A program made the translations under genes and the position numbers. Positions 26,984 to 36,012 of a stretch of 46,794 bases of DNA are shown piece by piece. Positions within the stretch are counted from its first letter, which is position 1; each line of letters opens with the position of its first letter. A model generated the notes under the pieces. That model had not been told where the DNA came from and did not search any database. It saw only the letters and a list, made by a program, of their open reading frames with translations. This stretch comes from a virus. Its lineage: Duplodnaviria > Caudoviricetes. The stretch lies in IMG/VR virus record IMGVR_UViG_3300032290_001318, positions 1 to 46,794 of that record; one strand, written 5' to 3'.

Positions 26984-28204
26984 TCAATCCTCGTCGTTTC
27001 CGATGGGCGACTTGCCTGCGCGGGTGCGCTCGTACTGCTCGATAAAGGTGCGGGCGAGGTAGACCTGCTTGTCATGCGAGCGGATTTGCTTGCCTGCGAG
27101 CGCGGGCACCCTCGGCCAAATCCTGGACATGTAGTGCGCAGCGTACTCGACCAGCTCGTCAGGCTTGCGCTTGAGCTCCTGAGGATTCTTGTCGAGATGG
27201 TAGAACAGCGCGAGACGGATAGCCTCACCGGGCTGCGTACACTTCACGCACTCAGGACCAAGGTCGTCGAGCGTGTCCTCAATCGGGGTGACCGCTTTCG
27301 CCTGCTCAGCGGTAGCGTAGACGGGTGGGTTCTTGACAAGAGGCTTCACCTCGGGTGGCAGCGGCTGCTTGAGTGCCTCAGCCTTCGCTTTCTCAGCTGC
27401 CCGCGTCATGGCGGCGTGCCAGTCCGCAATCGCTGCGCGGATATCCGCAACAGCCTCAGCGTCGGTGGTGCCGACGCCCTGAATATCAGGAAGCTGCGGG
27501 CAGCTTGCCGTCCATCCAAGCTCGGTCGGCACGATCTCGACGGGGAACGACGTCTCGTTGATCTTGAGCACGCGGCGCAGGACCATCTTGAGGTCGGCCG
27601 GCGTCATCGGCTCAGCCTTCTTGGGCTCCTCTTTCTTGGGTGCAGGAGCAGGCGCGGGTGCTGCAACAGTCGGGATAGAGGGCGCCGGTACCGTGTCTAG
27701 CCCAGCGACCACGAAATCCTTGGGCTTGTTCTTGGAGCCCGGCGGGCGACCACGGCGCTTCTCACCCGACGTAGCGGGCGCGTCGGGTTCTTCCTTCTTT
27801 TCCTTCGGCTCCTCTTTGAAAAGGTCTTCAGCCACAACGACTGGAGTAGCAACCGGCACTTCAGCGAGAGGTTCTTCTTCCAGTTCAGGCTCTGGTGCGT
27901 CAACCCACGTCACGACCGGGGTGACCGTCGGTTCGACGACGGGCTCGGGGACTGGCGTGTAGGTGACGACCTCGGGCTCGACCTTCTTCTGCGGCTTTGC
28001 CTTGGGAGCAGGAGGAGGCTCAACAGGGGCAGGCGCAGCCGACATGGCAGGCTGTGTCAGACTCTCAAGCTGCTGAAGCCACCCCACTGCGTTTGTGAAA
28101 GCCGCGAACTTGACGGCGATGAAGACGTTACCGTCCTCAGAAACACTGAACTCGGCGTCCTGGCCGTTGATGCTAACGACACCTGATGCGCTTTTATACT
28201 TCAC
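26984..28204 (-). CDS. Pro/Glu-rich protein with AT-hook-like motif and HicB-like domain
   Basis: KRRGRPPGSKNKPK; FPVEIVPTELGWTASCPQLPDIQGVGTTDAEAVADIRAAIADW. Confidence 0.7.
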   Translation of the reverse strand: MKYKSASGVVSINGQDAEFSVSEDGNVFIAVKFAAFTNAVGWLQQLESLTQPAMSAAPAPVEPPPAPKAKPQKKVEPEVVTYTPVPEPVVEPTVTPVVTWVDAPEPELEEEPLAEVPVATPVVVAEDLFKEEPKEKKEEPDAPATSGEKRRGRPPGSKNKPKDFVVAGLDTVPAPSIPTVAAPAPAPAPKKEEPKKAEPMTPADLKMVLRRVLKINETSFPVEIVPTELGWTASCPQLPDIQGVGTTDAEAVADIRAAIADWHAAMTRAAEKAKAEALKQPLPPEVKPLVKNPPVYATAEQAKAVTPIEDTLDDLGPECVKCTQPGEAIRLALFYHLDKNPQELKRKPDELVEYAAHYMSRIWPRVPALAGKQIRSHDKQVYLARTFIEQYERTRAGKSPIGNDED

Positions 28205-28232
28205 GGAATTTCCTTTGAAGACTGCATCTTGA

Positions 28233-29126
28233 TTACTTCAAGATGCTAGAGGTAGAAGGATTTGTAGCTGAAGCTCTGGGTGCTGTCGATACCCAATTCA
28301 TGAAATCCTCGTGAGGTGTTTTCCCCGGATCGGTGCCGGGTCGGATTTTCAAGAAACGGACGTCTTGTCCTGCAAGCTCTAGCTTTAGCGCCAGCGCCCA
28401 CCCTTCCATTTGGGCGTCGGCGTCGAGACCGATTACCACGGGCCTCTTGGCGGCCCGAATCAATTTCTCATGATGCGCGGTCGGTTTTCCGAAACACGCG
28501 ACGGCGTAAGGCCAATGGCGAAGGCAGTCGAACGGGCCTTCGACAATTATCACGGGCTCGGTGCTCTCCTCCTGAAGAGCATCGCCGTTCAGCATGAAAT
28601 GGGTTCGCTTGAACTTCGGCGGGTTCATGAAATCTTTTCCGACCACCGATCGGGAAGTGAAGCCCGCCACCTGGCCGTCATGAAAAACTGGGATGACTAC
28701 CTTGTTGGCGTACTCGCCGACGAGGCACGCCCCGATTTTCGCCTCGACGATGGTCTGTTCCCTGACAAACCGAGACTCCAGGTAGGCGTAGAATTTCTTG
28801 ACGGACAGACCGCTGTTGTACGGTGAGAGCGGAATAAAGTCGGCAGGCAGAGGGACACGCCCGTCGTCCGGCTCGGCTTTCTTATCCGCCTTCTTGTACT
28901 TCTTGAGGGTGCGCTCATCGAGGTCGATGAAGCCCTTCATGCCGCAGTCTGCACGCCAGCATTGAAAGAAGCCCGTCTCGAAGCTGACCGAGAGCTTCTT
29001 CTTGGTGGTCTCATGCCCCGAAGCAAGGCAAAACGGGCACACCACCCGAACCCATCCAGATGGACTCGGGCGTGTATCCGCTACCGCTTCGAGGACCTCT
29101 GCTGATCCTCGAATGTAGTAGGACAT
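28233..29126 (-). CDS. DNA primase (Zn finger + TOPRIM)
   Basis: CPFC...CWRADC; IIVEGPFD; GLDAD; DPG. Confidence 0.88.
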   Translation of the reverse strand: MSYYIRGSAEVLEAVADTRPSPSGWVRVVCPFCLASGHETTKKKLSVSFETGFFQCWRADCGMKGFIDLDERTLKKYKKADKKAEPDDGRVPLPADFIPLSPYNSGLSVKKFYAYLESRFVREQTIVEAKIGACLVGEYANKVVIPVFHDGQVAGFTSRSVVGKDFMNPPKFKRTHFMLNGDALQEESTEPVIIVEGPFDCLRHWPYAVACFGKPTAHHEKLIRAAKRPVVIGLDADAQMEGWALALKLELAGQDVRFLKIRPGTDPGKTPHEDFMNWVSTAPRASATNPSTSSILK

Positions 29127-29127
29127 C

Positions 29128-30513
29128 TTAGTTCACGTAAGCCGGGGTCGGGAAGGGTGCTGCCAAGAAGGACATGCGTCTGGCTTGGAAAAATGACGAG
29201 GGCGCGACGAGGCCGGTGTCCCAATTGATGGGGCACAGGGCGGTCGTGATGCCGGATGAGCCGAAGCGGTTCTTCGCAAAGTGAAACTGGCCTTGGAATT
29301 GGCCAGGCTCTTCTTCAACGGTGTTGATCGTCATGACAATGTCAGCGATCCGCACGATGTGGTAGCTGTCGGCGATGTTGTCGAGGCCGATAATCGCCTT
29401 GGCTCCCTTGGTCCCCATGCGCTGGCTCTGCGCCGCCGTGAAGATCCAAATCTTTTCCGACTGAGCCCAGTCGAGCAGCTCGCCGGTGATGTACTCGCCC
29501 TGCGTGTACGAGTTGGCGCCCTTGGGTGCCTTGAGCGACGAGGACAGGCCGAGGTAGTCAAAGATGATGACGTCCGGCTTGGTCTTGAAGTTCTTCTGGT
29601 AGTAGTTCATGACCTCGGTCCTGATCATGCTGACCGGGGTCTTCGAGGCGAACTCGAAGGTCTTGTAGCCGCCGATATTCGCGTCGTGCCGCTGCTTGTA
29701 CTCCTGCCAAAGACGGCGGCTCTCGGCCTGATCACGAGTAATATCCGAAATCTTCACGCCGAGGATTGGTGCGAGCACGCGCGCCATAACCACAGGCCCT
29801 GGGACTTCAGAGATCGTAACGTGTGCCACCTGTTTGCCTTGAGCAGCAAAGGCATGGGCGCCGATCTGTGACAGGCACATGCTCTTGCCGCCGCCGGGGC
29901 GGGCAACCAGAACAGTGAGAGCGCCGCACGCAGGACCACCGCCAAGCGCCAGATCAACCTCATCCATGCCGGTCTTCATGCGGCCGATGGTGTTCATCTC
30001 TTCGAGAGCAGCGAAAACGTCGCGGCCGCCGTCGTCGTCAAAGGACAGCGGCGCCTTTCCTTCGACGTACTCACCGATCTGCTCGATTTCCTGCATCAGA
30101 GAAGCCACCTCGGCCATCGACTTCTTCGATGAGCGGGTGTCGATCGCTTTCAGGACGGCGCTGTGACGCATCGACTCCTTCAGGACCGGGGTGAACTCTT
30201 TTGCGAGGTCTCGCCAGTCCTTCACGGACGGCTCTTCATCAAGGTAGAAGCTCAGCTCGTTGTAAGAGTCTACGGTCACCTCGCCTGTGGCGACCTTATT
30301 GCGAACGCGCTGAAGCACCATTGCAGTACTGCCAGGAGCATCAGAAATATCTTTGTAGATGCTCTTTGCAGCAGAAAGAGCAATCTTTGCATGCTCTGTT
30401 TGTAATAGCTCAGCTTGAATGTACTTGTGAAACAGGTGAAAGAACTTTTTCTCTGAGCAGAAATAGCTGATCACCGACTGCTCAAACTGTGGATGCAGGC
30501 CGTAGGAGTCCAA
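29128..30513 (-). CDS. dnaB: DnaB/gp41-like replicative helicase
   Basis: ARPGGGKS, IIFDYL, AAQSQR, IADS...IAD, KNRFG; AGGAG SD before TTG. Confidence 0.9.
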   Translation of the reverse strand: MDSYGLHPQFEQSVISYFCSEKKFFHLFHKYIQAELLQTEHAKIALSAAKSIYKDISDAPGSTAMVLQRVRNKVATGEVTVDSYNELSFYLDEEPSVKDWRDLAKEFTPVLKESMRHSAVLKAIDTRSSKKSMAEVASLMQEIEQIGEYVEGKAPLSFDDDGGRDVFAALEEMNTIGRMKTGMDEVDLALGGGPACGALTVLVARPGGGKSMCLSQIGAHAFAAQGKQVAHVTISEVPGPVVMARVLAPILGVKISDITRDQAESRRLWQEYKQRHDANIGGYKTFEFASKTPVSMIRTEVMNYYQKNFKTKPDVIIFDYLGLSSSLKAPKGANSYTQGEYITGELLDWAQSEKIWIFTAAQSQRMGTKGAKAIIGLDNIADSYHIVRIADIVMTINTVEEEPGQFQGQFHFAKNRFGSSGITTALCPINWDTGLVAPSSFFQARRMSFLAAPFPTPAYVN

Positions 30514-30537
30514 TGGACACTCCTGGGTATAGGGGGA

Positions 30538-31380
30538 CTACCGACTCTTTGAATTCTTACGCAGCTTGGTTTTCGCTTGCAAGCTGTTTTGAATGACAGA
30601 CGTGCTCGTCTGGGTAAGTCCAAGGTACTCTACGAGATTTGTCGAGAGCCACACTCCGAGGTCGTACTTCTCTGCACGCTCTTTTATTCGCCTCTGAGCC
30701 GACGCTTGCACAAATCTGGCGCGCTCGATCGTGTCATTGTAAACTCGACTATACACTTCTTCCCACAAACGCTTATGTGAAGAAGCGTCAGGGAGCTTTC
30801 TAGCCTCATCCTCGAATTGTCGGATAAGGGAAAGGAGGCTCGATGCGCCTTCCGGCCACACCTGTCGTCTCAGGATATTCTCCTGATCGACCTCTTGGTA
30901 AAACCACCTTCGCATCTTCGGAGACTTCAGCGCGGAGGCGGACCAGACGGAGAGGAACTCCATGCCGCTCTTGTCCTCCTCTAGCAGCTTAGTGATACGC
31001 CACCATGCCCACAGGAGGGGACACAGCTGGCTATTCTCATCACGGAGGACGTGGAGCTGCTCTACGCACGCCAGAAGGGCTTGCTGAGTTGATTCTCTTT
31101 TGAGGCTGTTCCTCCACACCCACTCAGCCTTCTTCCGTTTGTCCTCAGGCATGTTGGTCCACTTGGCTGCTTGTTGCCAAAGCTCAAGCAGGTGCGTGAT
31201 ACCTGACCATGATTTCATGTGAGAAGGTATTGTTGGTAGCAAAGGAAGCTTGATAGACAAGGAAGCGACTTCCTTGTAAGGATCAAAACCAAGAACAGCC
31301 TGTACATTTACAGGGTAGGTTGTTACCTGCCGCTCTCGAACAGGGCTGATGCCAAAGTAGGATTCAAAGCTTATGCTCAT
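30538..31380 (-). CDS. hypothetical protein (first gene of replication operon)
   Basis: Likely start MSISFESYF at 31380 (the longer ORF overlaps sbcC); Trp-rich helical protein. Confidence 0.6.
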   Translation of the reverse strand: MSISFESYFGISPVRERQVTTYPVNVQAVLGFDPYKEVASLSIKLPLLPTIPSHMKSWSGITHLLELWQQAAKWTNMPEDKRKKAEWVWRNSLKRESTQQALLACVEQLHVLRDENSQLCPLLWAWWRITKLLEEDKSGMEFLSVWSASALKSPKMRRWFYQEVDQENILRRQVWPEGASSLLSLIRQFEDEARKLPDASSHKRLWEEVYSRVYNDTIERARFVQASAQRRIKERAEKYDLGVWLSTNLVEYLGLTQTSTSVIQNSLQAKTKLRKNSKSR

Positions 31381-32914
31381 AAAAAAGGTCTGGTTCAAGG
31401 GTTTTGCCGACTTCCCGGAGACCGTTGTTGAGTTCCCTGCGACAGGAATTGTTACTGTCACGGGACGCAATGGTAGCGGGAAAACTGTCCGTTGCCTAGA
31501 GGCTCCTGCATGGGCAGCCTGGGGAAAGATGCTTCGTGATACTCCACCGACTACAACTAAGTGCGAGGTTAGGCTCGTTACTGATAAAATTGAAGTCACT
31601 AGGGGCTCGCAAAGGTCTAACAAGCTGAATTGGAACTACATCGGCAAACCTCCTGTTGTGTTCGAGACTCCTACCAAGGGGCAGGAGGCTCTTGAGGTCG
31701 AGCTGGGTGACATGCTGACGTGGCGTCGTACCCACGTCTTCTCCAGTTCTGATGCTGCACTCTTCTCGGGTGCCACCGACGCTGAGCGGAAGCGGCTGCT
31801 CGAAAAGCTGATCGGAGTCGCTGTCTTCGATGACGCTGCTTCGCACGCCAAGAAGGAGCTGCAGAACTCTGCTCTCCAGCTCAACAACATCAAGTATCAG
31901 ATCGGTGTCGTCAACCAGAAGATCGCTGGCATCAAGGAACACGCTTCTAGCCTCAAGTCGCTGCTGGCTGCTTCCGTCGGTGACGAGGACGTCGACCTCG
32001 CTGCGGTCAAAGCCGAGGCCGAGGCCGGCCTGTCCGCTCGAAACCAGTTGAGCCGCGATCACGGCGATATGCTCATGAAGATCAGCCAAGCCAAAGCCAA
32101 CCTTGACGTGACCCGGCGGCAGGGCGTCTCGCACCAGAACGGTGTCTGCTATGCGTGCCATCAGCCTATCCCAGAGGACACCCTGCGAGAGCAGGAAGAG
32201 TCCCTGAAAAAGGCCAGCGCCGAACTGGTCGCAGTCGAGGACGATTGTCGCGGCCGCATGTCTGAGATCGCCAACGAAGCTCAAGCGATCGACGACCGTC
32301 TGCGTGAGCTACAAGCGATCATCAATCGGGCGTCGTCTTCGCAGGCTGAGAGTATTCGGGCCAAGCTTGCTGAGCTCAAGGCTGACTACAAAACTCAGCA
32401 GGAGGCCATTTCTGTCCTGACCTTCGATCTCGACATGTGGTCGGAGTCCTCTACGGTGTTGGAGCACACGATCCGCATTCTCGGTGTCCGTGGTGTGCGG
32501 TCATCTATTCTGTCGAAGGCGCTCACCTCTCTCGAAGAGCTTGCCAACACCTACCTTGGCTGGCTTTGCTCAGGGGTTCGCCTTGGACTCTCCGCTCAAA
32601 CCGAGCTCGGCAACGGCAAGGTCCAGGACAAGATAGAAATCAGGATTGAGGGCTACGGTGGTGGGCACGGCTACAAGGCTTTGTCCGGTGGTCAGCGACG
32701 TCGTGTTGACCTGTCCCTTCTATTGGCGCTGGCATCGTTGTCTCGCTCCAAGGGCACCTTGATCTTCGATGAAGCTTTCGACGCTCTTGACGCTGACGGT
32801 GTGCAGGCTACTTGTGAGCTTTTGAACCGCATAGCTGCAACCAGACCAGTGATTGTGATCACACATAACCCCGCTCTCGTTGAGTCGTTAGACGGTATTC
32901 GTATGGCTTTCTAA
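31373..32914 (+). CDS. sbcC: SbcC/Rad50 (gp46-like) ABC ATPase
   Basis: GRNGSGKT, coiled coils with central CYAC zinc hook, LSGGQ signature, IFDEAFDALD, VITH. Confidence 0.93.
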   Translation: MLIKKVWFKGFADFPETVVEFPATGIVTVTGRNGSGKTVRCLEAPAWAAWGKMLRDTPPTTTKCEVRLVTDKIEVTRGSQRSNKLNWNYIGKPPVVFETPTKGQEALEVELGDMLTWRRTHVFSSSDAALFSGATDAERKRLLEKLIGVAVFDDAASHAKKELQNSALQLNNIKYQIGVVNQKIAGIKEHASSLKSLLAASVGDEDVDLAAVKAEAEAGLSARNQLSRDHGDMLMKISQAKANLDVTRRQGVSHQNGVCYACHQPIPEDTLREQEESLKKASAELVAVEDDCRGRMSEIANEAQAIDDRLRELQAIINRASSSQAESIRAKLAELKADYKTQQEAISVLTFDLDMWSESSTVLEHTIRILGVRGVRSSILSKALTSLEELANTYLGWLCSGVRLGLSAQTELGNGKVQDKIEIRIEGYGGGHGYKALSGGQRRRVDLSLLLALASLSRSKGTLIFDEAFDALDADGVQATCELLNRIAATRPVIVITHNPALVESLDGIRMAF

Positions 32915-33009
32915 TTTACTGTTGACTCAACTTAGCGCTGAACGCAATTTCACCCCAGGAACACGGGAGTCCTCCCACCTAACCGGGTAACTGCCCAAAG
33001 GCATCAGCC

Positions 33010-33483
33010 ATGCAAATCAAGAACGTAAACGGATTTACCAGCATCACCGCCAACGATTGGAAGGTGAATGTCCCCACGCTCGCTATCGAGCGTGTTGTCC
33101 AGGCCCTCACTTTCGCTTCGAATCAGCCCCAAGAGGTTGTTTCTGACAAGCCCCGCCGTGGTCGTAAGCCCGGTGTTGCAACGAAGGTTGTCACGAAAGC
33201 TGAGGTTGCCGAAGCTGTCGCCGCTGCAGAGGCGCCGAAGAAGCGTGGCCGCAAGCCCCTCTCGGCTGAGCAGAAGGCTGCCAATGCAGCGGCGACGACG
33301 GACCGTCCGAAGATGGCTGACGTCCTGAAGACCCTCTCGGCGCGTGGCAAGGTCACCCGTGATCAGCTCGGCCAGGAGCTTGTTGGTCTCGGCTACCCGA
33401 AGGGCGCGACTGCGGCCTACATCGCGACCCTCGATCGCGGTGGGAAGTTTGGTAAGGACGGCGTCTACGCCGAGCCCTCCTGA
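33010..33483 (+). CDS. basic DNA-binding/histone-like protein
   Basis: KPRRGRKP and KKRGRKP motifs, Ala/Lys-rich, winged-helix-like C-terminus; has its own terminator. Confidence 0.65.
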   Translation: MQIKNVNGFTSITANDWKVNVPTLAIERVVQALTFASNQPQEVVSDKPRRGRKPGVATKVVTKAEVAEAVAAAEAPKKRGRKPLSAEQKAANAAATTDRPKMADVLKTLSARGKVTRDQLGQELVGLGYPKGATAAYIATLDRGGKFGKDGVYAEPS

Positions 33484-33507
33484 TTACTTCTCTACACCGA
33501 GACAATT

Positions 33508-33531
33508 CGGCCAGCCTTGCTGGCCGTTTTT
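33508..33531 (+). terminator. intrinsic terminator
   Basis: CGGCCAGC-CTT-GCTGGCCG followed by TTTTT. Confidence 0.8.
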
Positions 33532-33553
33532 GTTGGTACTATCGGAGTGAGCT

Positions 33554-34150
33554 ATGGAAGAGAACAAAAGATCGTATCTCATCGCTGTCGACATCTTCGG
33601 CCCTGAGCTGACGGAAGAGGTCATCAACATTCTTGGTGAGGCCAAGAAGGTCACCTTCGCTCCGACCCATCGTGTCTACAACCGCATCGAGAGCGCGCTG
33701 CCCTCAAAGATAGTCGATAGGTGTCGAGACATCTTGGACCTCAAGGACTACGTCAAGCGGCGCACGGTGTTCTTCGGCCATCTCAATTCCCATGATGGCA
33801 CGCGGGAACATGCGATGGCTCTGGCTGAGCTCGGCTACCCCGTCAGTGTGATCGCAGATGCCATGGGCTACCACTCTGTCACCATGACTCGGTGGAAGAT
33901 CCGCGGCTACGCCAAGGCTCTCAGCTCCGTGCCCACGCTTGATATTCAGCCGACCTCTGAGCTGATCGACATGGGCTTTAAGCGGTGCCAGGACCTCCGT
34001 CCCGCAGAGGTCAAAGAGAACCTGCTTTATTACGCCAACGTCGGGCATGCTATGGTGACCTTGAAGAGTAAGGCCGTGTCTGATCGTGTTGAAGCGATCA
34101 AGAAGGCCATCTCGCCTGAAAAGAAAAGTAAGAAGAGCCGCTGGAGCTGA
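33554..34150 (+). CDS. hypothetical protein with possible HTH
   Basis: GGAG SD; AMALAELGYPVSVIADAMGYHSVTMTRW is HTH-like. Confidence 0.65.
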   Translation: MEENKRSYLIAVDIFGPELTEEVINILGEAKKVTFAPTHRVYNRIESALPSKIVDRCRDILDLKDYVKRRTVFFGHLNSHDGTREHAMALAELGYPVSVIADAMGYHSVTMTRWKIRGYAKALSSVPTLDIQPTSELIDMGFKRCQDLRPAEVKENLLYYANVGHAMVTLKSKAVSDRVEAIKKAISPEKKSKKSRWS

Positions 34151-34152
34151 TC

Positions 34153-34899
34153 ATGAAGCTGCGACCCACGCCCAAGACCTATGACGATCTGGTGAAGGCT
34201 TTCCGCGTCATCGGGAAGAACGACTACGCGGCTGCTGCCCGTGTGGCTGGTACTGTCCCTCAGGTCGCTAAGAAGGCGTGGCTCACAGGGTGGCCGATCG
34301 AGTCGCCGGTGGACATGCCTATGCCCGCGATCAAGGACCTGTTTGAGCGTCAGGTATTCGCCGCCCGTGCAGCACGCGCCAAAGCCACCAAGGCGCTCAT
34401 GCAGAAGCAGGCCGAGATGCTGAACGCTGCGCAGGACGACGCTGCGCAGCAGCGGGCCATTGAAGGCATGGCGGCGCGGTCCATCATGGTGACCGTCGAT
34501 GCCTTCGCGTCACAGATGCTTCAGCTCACCTCGGTGTTTCCGAAGCTGCAGGCAAAGATAAATGGTCTGATCGAAGAAATGATGGCGGACGAGGAGGTGC
34601 CCCTGTCTCGTATGCAGCAGGTCATCACTTGGGCCATCACGAATATCGACCTTCTGACAAAGGCGATGGAGAAGGCTCAGGTCATCGAGAGGAAATATCT
34701 CGGTGACGCTGACTCGACGATCAAGATCATCGACAGCCGCACGCCTGAAGAGCGCATCAACGGCATCATGTCCACCCTGCTGGCCCTGAAGGACTCAGGA
34801 AAACTTCCGGCTCTGCCTTCGATACCCACCGTCATAGACGTATCGAAGACAGAAGCCGGACCAGTGATGAACAAGCTACCATCATTCGACGATGATTGA
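34153..34899 (+). CDS. hypothetical protein, HTH + coiled coil (possible terminase small subunit)
   Basis: YAAAARVAGTVPQVAKKAW HTH-like start, long helices, extended C-terminal tail; function inferred from architecture only. Confidence 0.5.
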   Translation: MKLRPTPKTYDDLVKAFRVIGKNDYAAAARVAGTVPQVAKKAWLTGWPIESPVDMPMPAIKDLFERQVFAARAARAKATKALMQKQAEMLNAAQDDAAQQRAIEGMAARSIMVTVDAFASQMLQLTSVFPKLQAKINGLIEEMMADEEVPLSRMQQVITWAITNIDLLTKAMEKAQVIERKYLGDADSTIKIIDSRTPEERINGIMSTLLALKDSGKLPALPSIPTVIDVSKTEAGPVMNKLPSFDDD

Positions 34900-34987
34900 C
34901 GTCAGTAAAAGATGGCAGTCAATATAAGAAGAACAGTGAAGAAAACGATTGGTATTATGATGTCAGCGTCGTCCTGCATGTTCGACC

Positions 34988-35188
34988 TCACTCTATCTCG
35001 GCGTTCCAAGCAGATTTGGCTTGCTTAATAGTGCGACACAGCGGGCCTTTGACTCCGCAGTGCAAACACTCGACCAGATATAAATGCTCAGAAAGCAACG
35101 GGAAGTAGAACACAGGCCTTATGAAGGTCTGATCTTTCTTGCAGAATGGACAAGAGCGTAACCCGGTTGGTAACTCGTCGTCCTCCAT
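34988..35188 (-). CDS. lar: Lar-family restriction alleviation protein
   Basis: LRSCPFC...VECLHCG..GP......A..AWN; AAGGAGGT SD before ATG 35188. Confidence 0.8.
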   Translation of the reverse strand: MEDDELPTGLRSCPFCKKDQTFIRPVFYFPLLSEHLYLVECLHCGVKGPLCRTIKQAKSAWNAEIE

Positions 35189-35283
35189 ACTCACCTCCTT
35201 GGTATCCATGTACATTACCAAGCATCGATTTGAGTATGGAGAGACTGTGAGTTGTCTGTTTTATAGGTCTTTTACCTAAGACA

Positions 35284-36012
35284 TTAAACGGTGAACACGT
35301 CTATGATAGCCCAAGGCGACTGCATGACAATGGCGTCGTCAGGGTAGATGAGCCTCCTGTCGATCGTTCCGTTGCTGATTTTCTTCAGCGCTTCGGAAGC
35401 GGTGTCACCCTGTGCTTCGGTTGCTTTCTTCATACCGACCAGAATGGCTTTCACATCGGCGACGCTGGTGCCGAGGATGTTAGCCGCGACTGACAGAGGT
35501 ACTTCGCCAACGAGCCTGGCGACTTTCTTTGAGTGACCTTTGACTGAGGCCCTTTGAAGATTCCCTGATAGACCTGATTTGTGACAAGTCGCGCAAAGCA
35601 TCTTCGCATTACCCGTCCTGGTGTTCTTGTCGTACATGCCGACGTAAACGGGCTCGCCGCAGACGCACACGCCGATTTTCGTGTTGGGCACGGCTTTCTC
35701 GTAGAAGGCCTTCGCCATCGCCGACCGTTCCCGATGCTCGTATGAGCTGACGAAGTCTTCCTCTGTCAGCCAACCCTTAGAGACCGCAGCCTTGAGGACA
35801 AAACGTCTGATGTAATTGTGGTAGGTCTTCACCGTGGCCGGTGTGAGACCCTCACTGAGGCACGACTGGCCGAACTCTGACAGACAGGCCCATGTCAGGG
35901 ATGTTGAAACCTTCTTCTTTGAGGTTCGCAACCAAAGCTTCCACTTCTTTAGTGGATACCTCCTCATCAGAGGTGCTTGCTTTATCAGTTCGTTTAGCTG
36001 CTCGTTTGTCAT
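35284..36012 (-). CDS. hypothetical DNA-binding protein (integrase SAM-like segment, Zn finger, HTH)
   Basis: GLTPATVKTYHNYIRRF; CVCG...CATC; LSVAANILGTSVADV; start uncertain because it overlaps the helicase 3' end. Confidence 0.55.
   Translation of the reverse strand: MTNEQLNELIKQAPLMRRYPLKKWKLWLRTSKKKVSTSLTWACLSEFGQSCLSEGLTPATVKTYHNYIRRFVLKAAVSKGWLTEEDFVSSYEHRERSAMAKAFYEKAVPNTKIGVCVCGEPVYVGMYDKNTRTGNAKMLCATCHKSGLSGNLQRASVKGHSKKVARLVGEVPLSVAANILGTSVADVKAILVGMKKATEAQGDTASEALKKISNGTIDRRLIYPDDAIVMQSPWAIIDVFTV

Noticed and set aside
25585-27045. 486-aa plus-strand ORF
   Set aside because: Antisense shadow of the polymerase; no motifs; expected with high GC3
26983-27228. N-terminal extension of the polymerase ORF
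   Set aside because: Overlaps the upstream gene and is low-complexity; ATG 26982 directly follows that gene's stop
31381-31623. N-terminal extension of the 30538 ORF
   Set aside because: Antisense to the sbcC Walker A region
32922-32950. Sigma70-like promoter (TTGACT-17 bp-CAATTT); similar TTGAC hexamers near 6964, 41005 and 41972
   Set aside because: The -10 elements are too weak to call from sequence alone
34896-35108. 70-aa plus-strand ORF
   Set aside because: Overlaps the better-supported Lar gene on the opposite strand
35284-36012. Integrase
   Set aside because: Only a SAM-like segment; no R-H-R-Y catalytic domain
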